Of a stretch of 64,000 nt of DNA, positions 14,791 to 28,269 are shown piece after piece. Below the pieces are notes generated by a model, which ran no database searches, was not told where the DNA came from, and worked only from the letters and a program-made list of their open reading frames with translations. The stretch is from Octopus sinensis. Taxonomy: Eukaryota. A program made the position numbers and the translations under genes. Location of the stretch: contig NC_043014.1 in NCBI RefSeq assembly GCF_006345805.1, positions 18,786,001 through 18,850,000 on the forward strand. The letters run 5' to 3'. How positions within the stretch are numbered: position 1 is the first letter of the stretch; every line of letters begins with the position of its first letter.

Positions 14791-15761
14791 ATGAAAGCAC
14801 ACATACACAAATACATAGTATTGTAAAGGATAGTATAGATATATTCACACATAAAAAATAACATCAGACACACACGCACTCTCACACACACAAACACATA
14901 CGCAGATACAAACACACACACTCACACACACAAAAGCATATGCAAGCACACAATCATTCCATCACAGTGATATAGAACACAGCTGAAATATCCTACAAAA
15001 CTCTTTAAGTGGTCCCATGATATGCATGAAATAGCAAACAAATCCCCCTTAAATCACACTCTATTGTTTTGTCGCACTGGCTGGGGAAGAACGGTTTGCT
15101 CACTCGTAGATTGTCTTTCAAAGTAGGTCTGCCCAGTCAGACCAGACTGCAGATACTATCAGCAGCAACAATTACAACCATGAGTTACTTGCGTGGACCA
15201 TCGTGTATTCCAACGTGTTAGAAATAACAGCAAAAATCACCTTCAAATCACTTCTTATTGCTTTAGATACAGTAAAGTCACCTTTGATAATATCATATAA
15301 GCTTAAACAGATGGATTGGACACAACTTGAAAGCATTTGATCATAGATGTTCTCAAACGGAGTTGACCTGGAGTTAAATATCAACAACATGCACATATAC
15401 TCACGTTCAGACATTCACATATGTACAGACCCATCACCTCATTCATACAAATTCACCATACTGCAGTAAATAGGAGAATACACATACACGCTGCTACAAT
15501 ACATCTATTGATACACCGACACAGGCACAAACCTACACAAATCTAATACATACATAGCACACTGCTCTAAACACGTGCATAAGCACGCAAATAGAAATAC
15601 AATACGCTCAGAAATACACATGCACACATCTCATGGACGTATAAAATATCAGATATGCGTACAGCCCTTCTGTGTTGAGTGTATATACACATATATCACG
15701 GTGACGTAGAAACGTATAAGCTCATTAAGAACAGAGATAATGCAGATAATTTTGTGATACG

Positions 15762-15900
15762 AAGTGTGTGACTGTATTGTAAGAAGCCCGCTCCCCAACC
15801 ACATGGTTCCGAGTTCAGTTCCACAACAGGGTTCCTTGGGTAGGTGTTTTCTACTACCAAGTCTTCTTTGTGAGTGACGGAAATGAAAGAACCCGCCGTG
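15762..15900 (+). mobile_element. tRNA-headed SINE, partial (family of 48721-49133)
   Basis: AACCACATGGTTCCGAGTTCAGTTCCAC...GACGGAAATGAAAGAACCCG matches the reverse complement of the 48721-49133 copy. Confidence 0.75.
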
Positions 15901-15994
15901 TATAATAAATACGTATATATAATATATATATATATATATTATATATATATATATATTATACATAGGGGTGTGGACTTAATATATATATATATAT

Positions 15995-16156
15995 ATTTAT
16001 TTTATAGAAGGAGCTTCTACAGGACTAGAACTGTTTCATTCAAATGAATAATCAGGAAGCTTGCTGTCAAAATCAAAATTTGACAGCAAGCTTCCTGATG
16101 ATTTCATTTGAATGAAACAGTTCTAGTCCTGTAGAAGCTCCTTCTATAAAATAAAT
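15995..16156. repeat. Near-perfect palindrome (77/78-bp arms, 7-nt spacer) of a Penelope-like terminus
   Basis: 15995-16071 is the reverse complement of 16079-16156 except at ATTATTC versus ATGATTTC. Confidence 0.95.
16089..16139 (+). ncRNA. Type-I hammerhead ribozyme candidate (predicted GUA cleavage after 16133)
   Basis: AGCTTC-CTGATGA-T-TTC[ATTT]GAA-T-GAAA-CAG[TTCTAGTC]CTG-TA-GAAGCT. Stem I is 6 bp and stem III is 4 bp; stem II is weak (U.U at 10.1-11.1). A mirror copy on the minus strand (about 16012-16061) has a damaged core. Confidence 0.7.
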
Positions 16157-16221
16157 TAATTTACTCTGGCTATGTATTGAGTACCTTATTTACTGTGGTT
16201 AACCCCGACTCAACCGGGACC

Positions 16222-16292
<71 letters not shown>

Positions 16293-16806
16293 TTTAGCAA
16301 CGAATTGCCTTACCACATACCGAATTTAGAAATAGCAGTCAAAGAGTTATAGCTATTTCTTCTACTAAAAAGGGAGATCTCAGTAAAAACAGCAATTGAA
16401 GCAGACACAAACAGGTAAGAGAGAATTAATTGACGGCAATCTATCATACAATTTTAAGTTATCTACGGACGCACGTTTCGAAATCAAGTTTTTAGGAAAG
16501 CATAAAATTAAAATTTTAAATATAAATTTCTACCTTACCAAAACTTCTTTTCTCTCAGCGTAGAATACTATAATCATAAATGATTATATATTGAATTTTG
16601 AGATACTAGAAGGCACCAACTCAACTCAGTATCAGAGCGAGCTAGAATCCGCAACTATATCCCAAATTCAAGTGTGAATTTGCTAAACCCTTTATTGCTT
16701 AGTATTACTTAAATTTTCCTCGAATGAGGCTTTTACATGCCGAAGACTACTTGGTGTAATTGATAATTATTCAAATAATTAATTTCTCACCCTTCATTAT
16801 TACGGA

Positions 16807-16944
<138 letters not shown>

Positions 16945-17268
16945 ATATATATACACACATATATAATACATATACACACACATACATACCCATTATACAT
17001 ACATATATATATCACACACACTTATATACATACACAACATACACACAAATACACACACACACACACACACACACACATATGTATATATATATATATAAGT
17101 ATTGGGGTCAGTTGATGCTCCGGCCTGGCTGCAGACTAGTGATTGAAACAAGTAAAAGATAAAAAAAATAATAAAATACTTCCTAACCACATATGACGCT
17201 TACATATTTGCCAAACTGATGTAGAACATACACTAATCCGATTGATTATAGCTCGCATGCGCTTGATG

Positions 17269-17300
<32 letters not shown>

Positions 17301-17739
17301 GTATGAATGTATACTCGCTCGAAACTAACGTACAAACAATTTACATTGGCCATACAGATAGAGAAAGTGCAATACATACACTCGTTTCGCCTCGGGTTAA
17401 CCAATAGAAGCTGATCTCGGAACAGGATTATTTTAGCCACATCATTTCAGTCTTTCTACAGATATAATTCAACTCGGACTACATAATCAAATGAACAGTA
17501 TTTAAGAAACTAAAACCAAAACAAACAAAAACGGTAGCGTGGACTACGAGGAAGATTCTGCTACCGTTTCGAGAAGGTCGTGCAACTCTTTAGTGGCTCT
17601 CTTCTTGGATCAATCACACTGATATCAGAAATATGTTGATACATCTAGTATATACATATAAGTGTGTATATCTATCTGTCTGTCTGTGCATGTATGCATG
17701 TAAGTATGTATTTATACGTGAGTGTGTATATATACTTGT

Positions 17740-19270
17740 ATAAATGTTTCCAAGAGTATGCAAAAATGAAAAACGAAGATCAGGTCTCACAATGTTTCGA
17801 GAAAGTCAGCCACTCCTACAAACTAGGCTACTCCTAGGACCACAGTTCTTTCAAGGTCACCCTCCCAATCTTCGAAGAAACCTCACTGCTTTCTCACAGT
17901 CCTTAGTCTTTGCTACTTCTCAAACTGTAGCTGATTACTTTGGTCTTCTGCAAAGGAATCTTACCAATTTTGCGGCAACCTCTATTCCAGAACATTGATA
18001 TGTTCATTAGCGGTATTCCTGGGGGTGAAAACCCAATTTTCCCTATACATTTTGCGTCCAATGCCCCACGGCTGATCTTTCCAAAATACCCACTCCTTTT
18101 TCTACAAGCTCAGTAATATACACGCCTAGTGCGAAATTACTGCTATGCGCTCCCAACCAATGAGGCCACTGGTCTTGATGAAATTTCTCCCATTACATTT
18201 CACAATGTGTCCCTGAGTTAACCCAATCTTTACCAACATTATTGATATTTCACGCTCTCTCTTTTTGTCTTTTTTACTCTATCTGTCTGTCTTTCAGGAT
18301 ATAACTTGATTATCAAACTACGTGAACTTCTTTGGAAACACTCTTAAGTCCTATAACATGAAATGTTGTATGTTTAGTATTGTTGCAATCAACATTTGCA
18401 GAACATTCTTAAGCGTGTGGCACACGAATTTTATAATAAAATCTACCCACGTTGGTTTTTAGCCTGTGTTGAATAAGCCTACAATGAATCATTTTATCTA
18501 CAGTTCTGTAAGCCAGGCTTTAGTGCGGCTCCTTACATCAACCATATATTTTGACGAATTCTACAACAACATCTTCTCATTCAAAGATGATACTGTCATT
18601 CATTCTCCTTTAAACATCCGCATCCAAATGCCTTTCAAGTGTAGCCTAGACACTACTTGACAAATCTGCACTGGTTGTCTAACCTCAACAACATTTTCCA
18701 GTTGTCCATCAGGTTCATGTCAGTCTTATCTCCTACTACAACAAAATCCTTATCAGTGGACATATTAAGAAAACATTATCGCAACTCGTTCTGCTTGCAT
18801 CTAGATTGTTTGCGATCCATAATCATTGATTATCTCTTGTTTACATAGGAAAAAACTACATCTCAAAACTACCTTGACCATGTTAACTAGGAAATGATTC
18901 AAATCTTAATAACTACTAACCATTTACAAAGGAGGGTAAAACTCACCTTAAAGTAGTACTCCTACATCTGGTCGGTGCAGCAGCTACACAAAGCGATATC
19001 CTAGACCGCATCTAAAGAAGGACCACACCACTAATTGTTATGAAGTCTCATCCCCCATCCAAATTCGATTCAGCCTCAAGCGAATGACGAGCTGCTTCTT
19101 TATTTTCTCTTGTACAACCTCCATTGTCTTTGTTCCTCCAAGCTGGCTGGTCTCATGCCACCTCGACACATGTACTTGAGTCATTCTTCTCTCCTTCCGT
19201 TACCCTCAGCCCCTCACTAAACACAACATTATCTCCTTTTACCGCATTCTTCCTCAGAACGTCGGTTCTG
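17740..19270 (+). mobile_element. Heavily decayed CR1/L2-group LINE reverse-transcriptase region
   Basis: Remnants: NEATGLDEISP (KA.GPD.I motif), SVSQALVRLLTSTIYFDEFYNNIFSFKDDTVIH (GVPQG...FADD region), and YSYIWSVQQL/DILDRI (EY.SHIW...LDR.Q motif). Many stops and frameshifts; boundaries approximate. Confidence 0.55.
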
Positions 19271-20179
19271 TTGCAGAGAATAATCTGAAATTTCTTAAAA
19301 GCAAAATCATCAGAAATCTCCAAAAGCCAATGTTGTTCATGGACACAAATTCTTTCTCTAGACCAAACAAATAAGAATTAACAACAAAGACAACATCAAA
19401 TACAACACAGTATACATATATATGCACAAACACAACTTCTATAGTAAACAGTTTCCTTGAAACAAGTTATATCTCCTCACCAAACAGATTCACTGCATGC
19501 TATTTTATTGATACATAACATTTCGTAGATGCTACACTAATGTAGACTCTAGGCTATGTCGAATACTATAGTGCTGTAGATATTGTGGCATCAGTTGGCA
19601 CTATACTTAAGCTATACCATACCATTCACTACATATGGTATTAGGTCGTTGCATACCTTACATTACATACACTAGATTCATACGCACACTCATGCTGATA
19701 CACCTCGCGTACACAAACCACTCATATAGACTTTCGGCGATCGCCAATCAGGAAGTCTCTATGTGGTGGCACAACTCGCTACAATTAACCATGCAAATCT
19801 CTCTAAAATGTTATGCTACCATCCTGAAACGAGGGAGTTTGTTGTATGAAACCATCCTAAATAAACAATTCCAGAGACAAGGACCTGATAGTCTCAAATG
19901 AGGCGCCATTGATCATAAATCTGGCGGTTTAGGGTTGTCTTGAGGTTATAAAACAACAATCACTTTCAATGCTAACAATATATAATATGTAGGCAAGAAT
20001 ATTGATAAATCTCGTGTGCACATCGGCGATGGTTATTCTGGTTGTTACATCAACGGCATTGACATTTCATTAAATTATAGTGTCTAATTATTCTGTACAG
20101 ATACTTGGACATTCAACATTCAACATAAGGCCTGAAATATATGGGAAGTCGGTTTCTCAGTTACATCGATTGCAGCGCT

Positions 20180-20870
20180 CAGCTAGTACTTATTTCCTCG
20201 ACCTCGAAAGGATGAATGGCAAATAGAGCTAAAAAAGACGTACGAAATGATGCTAAGCATTTTCCCCGGCGTGTTGACGTTTCTGCTAGCTCGATGCCTA
20301 CTGTATTCTAACATGATAAGAAATTCAATTAGAGCCACAAGGGTAGAAATTTTGAGGAAAATCTAGTCACTCCTTTCTATGCAAGTAATTGAGTGGTACC
20401 TTATTTTAGCGATCCCAAAATGCTGAAAAGAAAGTTGAATTTATGAGGAATTTGAATTCAGAACATAAACAACCGGAAGAAATACTGGGAGGCATTTTAT
20501 CCGTTACTCTAAATGTTCAACTCTTCCACCACTATTAATTTAAGGAGAAGGCCAGCAACTTTGCGTAGCTGGTACCTTATTTATCGACGCCAAAAGGATG
20601 AAAGGCAAAGTCGACCTCGGGGGAATTTGAACTCAGAACGTAACGGCAGACGAGATACCGCCAAGCATTTCGCCCGGCGTGCTAACGTTTCTTATTTCTT
20701 TACTGCCCACAAGGGGCTACACACAGAGGGGACAAACAAGGACAGACAAACGGATTAAGTCGATTCCGGTTAGTCAGTTCCTTGGGGGCTCAGTGTTTCA
20801 CTGATACTTTATTTTATTGACCTCGAAAGTATGAAAGTAAAAGTTGCCCTCGGGGAGACTTGAACTCACA
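20180..20870 (-). mobile_element. Cluster of about four nested or partial tRNA-headed SINEs with a Meta/MESC-like central domain
   Basis: Repeated motif ATCGAC...AAAGGATGAAAGGCAAAGTCGACCTCGG.GGAATTTGAACTCAGAAC; best copy 20566-20690. Family naming is from memory, not from a database search. Confidence 0.8.
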
Positions 20871-21074
20871 GTGTAAAGAAACAAATCCTGTCAGAAGCTA
20901 CAATGATTCTTCCAATCCACCACGTTATTTTATTTTATTATGAGAAATATTAAGACCGTTTGAAATTTGTTCAGCTCTATGACTGGTAGCCACTGTGCAG
21001 TATATATATATATAAGACTAAGTACATTAATGCAGTCAACGGTCTCTGCTTCACCCTTGAGTCTTTATAGCATT

Positions 21075-21143
21075 CCTGACTCTCTGGACTGAATCTACTT
21101 AAGAGCCGTCAGCTTCTAAGTAGATTCGATCCACTGACACGGG
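21075..21143. ncRNA. pre-miRNA-like hairpin candidate
   Basis: TGGACT-GAATCTACTTA-A-GAGC[CGTCA]GCTT-C-TAAGTAGATTC-GATCCA: about 20 of 22 positions pair, including an 11-bp perfect core, with an outer CCTG/CGGG helix. It may be repeat-derived. Confidence 0.3.
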
Positions 21144-21689
21144 AGTACTTCTCCAACCTGCAAATGACCACGAGAAACGGGTAAACCAATTGTTAATTGG
21201 GTAATATGGTGGCAACAATATAATGAGGCATAATACAGCAGTAAATTGACAATAGACGAGTAGAAAGGAGATTTGATCAAAATTCGGCCAATAACTGTGA
21301 ATTTTTTTTTTTTTTTTTTTTTGCATGGTCAGCCTTCAGTAAAATACGTCCTGCTCAAACGCCGGGATTAAGTTCATCAACAACAGCCTTTCCCAAAACA
21401 TGTCGTTTGTGTTAATGTTATGTTTTGCTATTTTTAATGATGGAGTTTAGCATTTGAGTGATAGAATTCTTCAACCACCCCATAAAACAAGTCAAATTCA
21501 GCAGTAACTGGACCTAGAACATAGAATTAAACCAATCTGTATTTTCACAAAATATTTATTCTCTCCGCTACTCTAACAATTCTGCTAATCTGTTGTTCCT
21601 CACTCGTTTTTCTAAACACTTTTACCTAAATTTGACACAAGGCGAGCAATTTTAAGGTAAGGGGCTTGTCGATTACAATAACCACAGTA

Positions 21690-21925
21690 CTCAGATGGTA
21701 CTTATGTTATCGATCCCACCAAAAAGGATGTAAGACAAAGTTTACCTTGGCGGAATTTGGGCACATGGAAGGGAGTGAACAGTCTATTACATCGACCCTG
21801 GTAGATATTATATCGACTCCGAAAGGATAAGTCCACCTTAACGGAATTTGAACTCAGAATGTTAGAAGCCCGAAAGAAATGCCACTAAGCATTTTGTTCG
21901 ACGCACTAAAGATTCTGCCAGCTGG
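21690..21925 (-). mobile_element. tRNA-headed SINE fragments (Meta/MESC-like family)
   Basis: GGAATTTGAACTCAGAATGTTAGAAG...AAATGCCACTAAGCATTT...GATTCTGCCAGCT, homologous to 25603-25837. Confidence 0.75.
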
Positions 21926-21968
21926 TTGTCTTTGTTTTTCTAAATAATAATATGTCTTATATAGATAC

Positions 21969-22058
21969 AAGTGAAAAACATTTCTGTGAGTAAACGTCGT
22001 AACTGATTGAATCGATTCTCCGTTCTTCATTCGTATTGATTTTATCAACTACCGCAAT
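21969..22058 (-). CDS. Candidate internal exon (90 nt, phase 0-0): IAVVDKINTNEERRIDSISYDVYSQKCFSL
   Basis: Strong acceptor TCCTTTCTTTCTATGTAG; only frame 0 is open; the donor GTATCT is weak and lies next to SINE sequence. No homology recognised. Confidence 0.25.
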
Positions 22059-23410
22059 CTACATAGAAAGAAAGGATCCAAATATTCGTCAAATTAGATC
22101 CCTGCAGGATAATGGAAATACAAATTAAATGAAAAAATAAACAAAAAGAAGCCTTATAGTTATTAGAAATAGAAGATACAGACGTAGAGCAGTGAGAATA
22201 GAAACAGATATGAAAATGAGCGGCGGATTCAAATGATGATGTGTGTACTGTCGTTTCGCTGTGAATGTACTGCTTACCGTACAGAGACGGCTGCACGTCA
22301 GGGCGTATCTGTCTTACTGCAGACCTACTAGAAGTAGCAGCGACAGGGTGTGATTAGAGGGTGATTCCGCTACTTTTGGGAAGTAGATCAAATGAATACA
22401 TCAGAACACTCGCATGAAATCAAACTAGATTAATGGATGATTGAGTTAAGACTATTTAGAAGTAAGTGATAGGCATTGCTAGAACGTCTTTGGCGAAGGT
22501 CTATCAAATTTTAGACTAAAAGGCATTAAATAAGTTATTTAAAATAAGACCCTATAACAGAGGTTTGTATTAAGTAATGTTTCACGAGCGCTTGCGCGCG
22601 CACACGCTTGCTTGTACACACAGGCTCACGCTCGTATACACATTAACTATACAGGTCAGCTTGTACGTGCTTGTGTGTGCGTCATTGTATGTGTGTGCAG
22701 GTAGTGTGTGTGGGTCTGTGTGTTTGTGGCGTGTGTGTGTATGTGTGTTTGTGTGTGTGAATACTTGCGCTCTAACGTGTATATATTTATAGCAATAGTA
22801 GTAAAATTCTAGAGTAATAATGCTTTCATTGACTGACTGACTGAGAAACACGCTGGCGACGCACGCAGAGGGAAGTGCAGGGGAGAGTCAGAGAAAGAAA
22901 GAGAGACAGAGAAATAGAGAGAAACGAGAGAAGTAATACTTAGTGATTATGACGCTGATGATGAAAGCTTTGATAATAGTAGTAGTTAATAGCATATTCT
23001 ATGAGAATGAAAGGGAGAAAAAGAAAGTGCCACTACATAGAGGTTGAAGGAAAAATGCCCCACTTGTCCAGAAAATCGCATAGAGGCTTTTGGTTTAGAA
23101 AGTATGAATGTGTCTGTATATGTGTGTATGTATGTACGTATGTATGTTTGTATGTCTGTATGTATGTTTGTATGTATGTATGTATGTATGTATGTATGTA
23201 TGTATGTATGTATGTATGTATGTGTGTATGTTTGTGTGTGTATGTATTTATGTATGTGTATACGCTTATATAAATATTTATGATACATCTGAATGTATAT
23301 TAATGTACATTGGACTATATATATACATATGCATTTATATATATATCTATCTTTTATACACACACACACACGGACACACACATATGTTTACACATATGTG
23401 TGCATATATG

Positions 23411-23460
<50 letters not shown>

Positions 23461-23540
23461 TATAGATATTCATATACATATATACACATATATATGTATA
23501 TACCTATATGCATATAAATATGTATATATATACCTAAATA

Positions 23541-23591
<51 letters not shown>

Positions 23592-23629
23592 GATATATAC
23601 ACATATAAACGTATATGAGAGAGAGATAA

Positions 23630-23716
<87 letters not shown>

Positions 23717-24365
23717 TACCTACATACATACATACATACATATGTGTCTATAAATATCTATAGAAATAAATATTGGAATATATATATGTATATAAATACA
23801 TGCGTGCTTGTGTGTTTGAATGCGTGTGTATGGTTGCATGTGTACATACATTGTAGTGGAGGCGGCACTTTATATGCATATATACGTAGGCAAATAAAAG
23901 CGCGGAAAAAATAAAAGATAATAAATACAGAGCTATATAGAGAGGACAAATGAAAAGAGACAAGAAATCAATAGCTGACTTGTTAGGAGGCGGTGAAAAG
24001 GTATTATGTACTGGTGATTTTTGGAGGACGCACCCCAGTGGACGTGTGTGAGAGGGAATGAATTAGTGTTCCCGTATGTCACGCATGCGTGCATGTGTGT
24101 GTGTGTGGATGTGTGTGTGTGTTTTTGTATATACATTCGCACAAATTCACACAAACATATGCACACACTCAAACATACATACATATGCACATATATGCGC
24201 ATATACAACGGAGCTAGTAAGACCATACTTCAATAAAGGACACATCTGATCTTGGATTTATAGTATCTATCTATCTATCTATCTATTTATCTATCTATCT
24301 GTCTATCTATCTATCTATCTATCCATCCATCTAGCTATCCATCTATCCATCCATATATCCATCTG

Positions 24366-24455
<90 letters not shown>

Positions 24456-24512
24456 AGTCTGTCTGTCATCTTTCTGCCTATCTCTGTCACTATGTGTTTG
24501 TCTGTCTGCCTG

Positions 24513-24580
<68 letters not shown>

Positions 24581-24831
24581 CGTATATCTTTATCTATGTA
24601 TCTATTTATCTCTTTCTATCTATCCACATATATATATAGCATATATAGACACATACACAGACACATACACCTATACGTACGTATATGTGTGTGTGTCTAT
24701 ATATCTATAGTTATGTATATATGCATGTACATACATGCATACATACAGACATATATATATATATATATAAGCAGAGGGGTGAAGACACAATATTATCTCT
24801 TATCATATTACTTTTATTATAATATTACTGA

Positions 24832-24895
<64 letters not shown>

Positions 24896-25602
24896 GTTGT
24901 TGTTGTTGTTGTTGTTGTTGTTATCATTATCATCATTATTTTATCATATTCGTTTTACTCCTTTGTTTTCAATAGTTTTTCACACCGAGCATTATATTTC
25001 ACCAGCTGGTGCACCTTTGTGCTTTCTGAGGTGTGTGGAAGCACTCTCTTTTGATAGATTGAAAACGTTCTCTTTACATCATGTTTAATATAACACGTTG
25101 TGCGGCCTTGTTTTTATTGTTTCTTTCTCGTACATTTGTTATGTGTTGTGAAAAAGTTTTTATGTTGTTGGTATGAGATATTAGTTGCGTGTGGTATTGT
25201 ATTGAGAGCTCATTGTATACAATGGGCGCTTTGGGAGTTTTGCGTAGTGTTTTTTTATGGTGAAATGATTGTGTAGAATATGAATGTGATTGATCAAAAT
25301 TTTGCAGCGTTATGCTGAGATGGTTGGAGTTGTGTATTGGAAAGTAATTGTATTGGATGTGCTGGATATTGGTTGTGGCATATTACTGTCAACTGATCGG
25401 AAAGAGTATATTCTATATTAGAATATGTACGGTTTTATAGTACTGGAAGGTGACGGTGTGGAAAACGTGTTGTAAGGAATGTATGATAGTACTAAGGATG
25501 AGGCATGGATTTTTGTATGATGAATTAATTACCTAATTTTATTTAATCACTTTAAACATCTATGTAAAGTTGGTAAGCCATGACTGTCTGAGGAAGGTAT
25601 AT

Positions 25603-25837
25603 TTTTTATTTCTTTATTACCCACAAGAGGCTAAACATAGAGAGGACGAACAAGGACAGACAAAGGGATTAAGTCGATTACATCGACCCCAGTGTGTAAC
25701 TGGTACTTATTAATCGACCCCGAAAAGGATGAAAGGCAAAGTCAACCTCGACGGAATTTGAACTCAGAACGTAACGACAGACGAAATACCGCTAAGCATT
25801 TCGTCCGGCGTGCTAACGATTCTGCCAGCTAGCCGCC
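25603..25837 (-). mobile_element. Near full-length tRNA-headed SINE (Meta/MESC-like central domain)
   Basis: Minus strand reads GGCGGCTAGCTGGCAGAATCGTTAGCACGCCGG...GTTCTGAGTTCAAATTCCG (A/B-box-like), then GTTGACTTTGCCTTTCATCCTTTTCGGGGTCGAT. Confidence 0.85.
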
Positions 25838-26399
25838 TTCATATAACATTTATGCAATACAATGAACGAAAACAAAACGCAAATATAACAGAAAATGCAC
25901 AGATAGAAAACTGTAGACTGTAGCTTCCACGATTTATGAAACCTTATTTATGATTGGTGGATCTTTGAAAATAAATTGCACCTCCAGCCTTAGCAGCCTT
26001 TTTACGACCATTTTGAAATGTCCTCTCGCTCAGAGCAGCAATTTTTGCAATCGAACAAGTGATGTCATAATGTTTTTGATTAGTCTCCATAAGCACACAA
26101 AAGTGATTCCATATGACCTGTTCGGGATAGAATATAGATGAAAGGAATCTATAGAAGATGTTCAGTATAAATTTATTTTTTATAGTTGTAATATATTTCA
26201 CTTGCTATATATTTCAACAAAACCTTCTCACAAATAATAACGTATAACTATAAGATAATAAATATAATGTACATTCACGCAATGACAAGACACACTGTAA
26301 TTTTTGGTTCGCCACTATTCTTTACTGCACATTTCACAGAATCATATTTCTGAGACTGCTGTAACTCTGTTAATATTCTTAATTGTCTAATAAAAGGAT

Positions 26400-26790
26400 G
26401 TACAGCTGAGTGGGTAGGGTGCTCGCATTGCAACCACGTGATTTCAGTTTCACTCCCATTGCTTAGAATATTGAACATGTGTCTTCTATAATAGTCATGG
26501 ACTAACCAATACCATATGAGTTCATTAGCTCAGTGGAAACTGTGTGGAAACCCTACTATATATATATGTGTGTGCGTGTGTCTGTTGTTTGTCGTTGTCT
26601 CTCTGTTAGCCTCACCCCCATCGCATGAAAACCGCCGATCGTTTGCTTACGACACTGTAACTTGGTAGAAGTGAACGATAACTTAAGTAACAAACTTAAA
26701 AAAATAAGTAGTAAGATGGATCTAGTCGACTAAAACCTTCCAAGGTGGTGTCCCAGCCTGGCCGTCATGCTTTGTAACAGGTAAAAGAAA
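26400..26790 (+). mobile_element. tRNA-headed SINE, diverged (family of 48721-49133)
   Basis: CAACCACGTGATTTCAGTTTCACTCCC...GTGTCTTCTATAATAG...GGAAACTGTGTGGAAACCC(TA)n...GTAACAGGTAAAAG. Confidence 0.7.
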
Positions 26791-26884
26791 AATATCCAAG
26801 AAGATGACATATCTCACATTCTTTTAAAGACAATCCTCTGCTGCGAACCACGTGTTAAAAATATTACTTACACAATATCGCAGA

Positions 26885-26964
<80 letters not shown>

Positions 26965-26966
26965 AG

Positions 26967-27035
<69 letters not shown>

Positions 27036-27066
27036 TATATATAATATAATATATATATATATATAT

Positions 27067-27097
<31 letters not shown>

Positions 27098-27255
27098 GTA
27101 TATATATTATATATATATATTATATATATAATTAATAATAAGGGTGAGAGAATTAGATACTAATTTAATAGTATATTTATTCAACACCAAGTGGCCTAGT
27201 GCTACGAGAAACCTGGATTATTATAATATTTTATAACATATTATACTATTTTTAC

Positions 27256-27613
27256 AAAATAAATATAAGAGAGTGGTCACTATATTGCTCACTCTAGCAC
27301 CAGTTAATCCAAAAGGTTTCAACCACGAAAATACATGTTTCCCATGAAAGCCAGTACGACTGTTAGCTCACACGGACAGGGCAATAAAAAACAACAAAAT
27401 ACAGATTATTTTGGGACAATTGTTTCGCTATTAATGAATTAATGTAATATTACTTACAAAAAATCCATTTGTAGCTCGTCAGCCAAGACTATCTGGATGA
27501 AATCCACTCAATCACACGCCAGATTTTACCATGGGAAACATGTATTTTCGTGGTTGAAACCTTTTGGATTAACTGGTGCTAGAGTGAGCAATATAGTGAC
27601 CACTCTCTATATT

Positions 27614-27619
<6 letters not shown>
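27256..27619. repeat. Inverted repeat with about 90-bp arms (79 bp perfect) and a 183-bp spacer, flanked by (TA)n
   Basis: 27268-27346 is the exact reverse complement of 27530-27608; the match extends 11 bp further with one indel. Confidence 0.95.
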
Positions 27620-27708
<89 letters not shown>

Positions 27709-28269
27709 ATATATATATGTGTATATATATATATATCTATGTGTGTGTGCGTGTTATAGTACGGGGTAGCTGAATGTACATAATAGAAGCAGTGTTGAGT
27801 CGTGTTACAGGGCTGGAAATTATAAGTTGTGCATAGTATGGTAGTGAAGTGTGTATAGAATGCTAACGAGGAATATTAAGTGGCATGTCTATTGTATAAA
27901 CTGTTTTACAAGAATAGTGCTTTGAACTGATTGTGTAGAGCAGCACTCCGCAACCTTTTCCTTACTTGCGGTACACTTATATTTTTTTCAAATTTCGACG
28001 GCACCTCCTGAACTATCGCTAAAAGTATAGGGGGAAAAAATCATATTTCAACAATGGGTGGCGATTTGTGAGATTGTGTACTTTGAGTTCATGGGTAAAT
28101 GATTGTGCAGAGTATTCGTTGTGTATGATGTCTCAGTGACCTTAAGCTGGGTCGATTTAATCGATTAAATATTCAACACAAAATATTTGTGACGCGGTGC
28201 ATTTATTAAAAATCACCATCGTCACTACCCTCCTCATTTTCCACCCCGTAATCATCTTCTTACTATTTT

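Noticed and set aside
2464-14921. Dozens of 60-260 aa ORFs rich in YI, HT, CV, SL, RE, poly-H, poly-P or poly-V (similar ORFs occur throughout the window)
   Set aside because: They are translations of di-, tri- and tetranucleotide microsatellites that lack stop codons, with no domain content.
16455-16505. Minus-strand CGAAACGTGCGTC (hammerhead stem III-like)
   Set aside because: No recognisable CUGANGA core, stem II or pairing stem I.
16718-16756. CTCGAATGA-GGC[TTTTACAT]GCC-GAAGAC
   Set aside because: Both core strands deviate and stem I does not pair; at best a heavily decayed relic.
19718-19772. Bulged hairpin CCAC-T-CATATAG-ACTT...AAGT-CT-CTATGTG-GTGG
   Set aside because: About 17 bp with several bulges, within what AT-rich sequence produces by chance; no other support.
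25583-25602. CTGAGGAAGG half-hammerhead
   Set aside because: Truncated by a SINE, and the GAAA half is not found.
27943-28070. CAGCACTCCGCAACCTTTT, resembling a hAT/Charlie TIR start
   Set aside because: No partner TIR or 8-bp TSD located.
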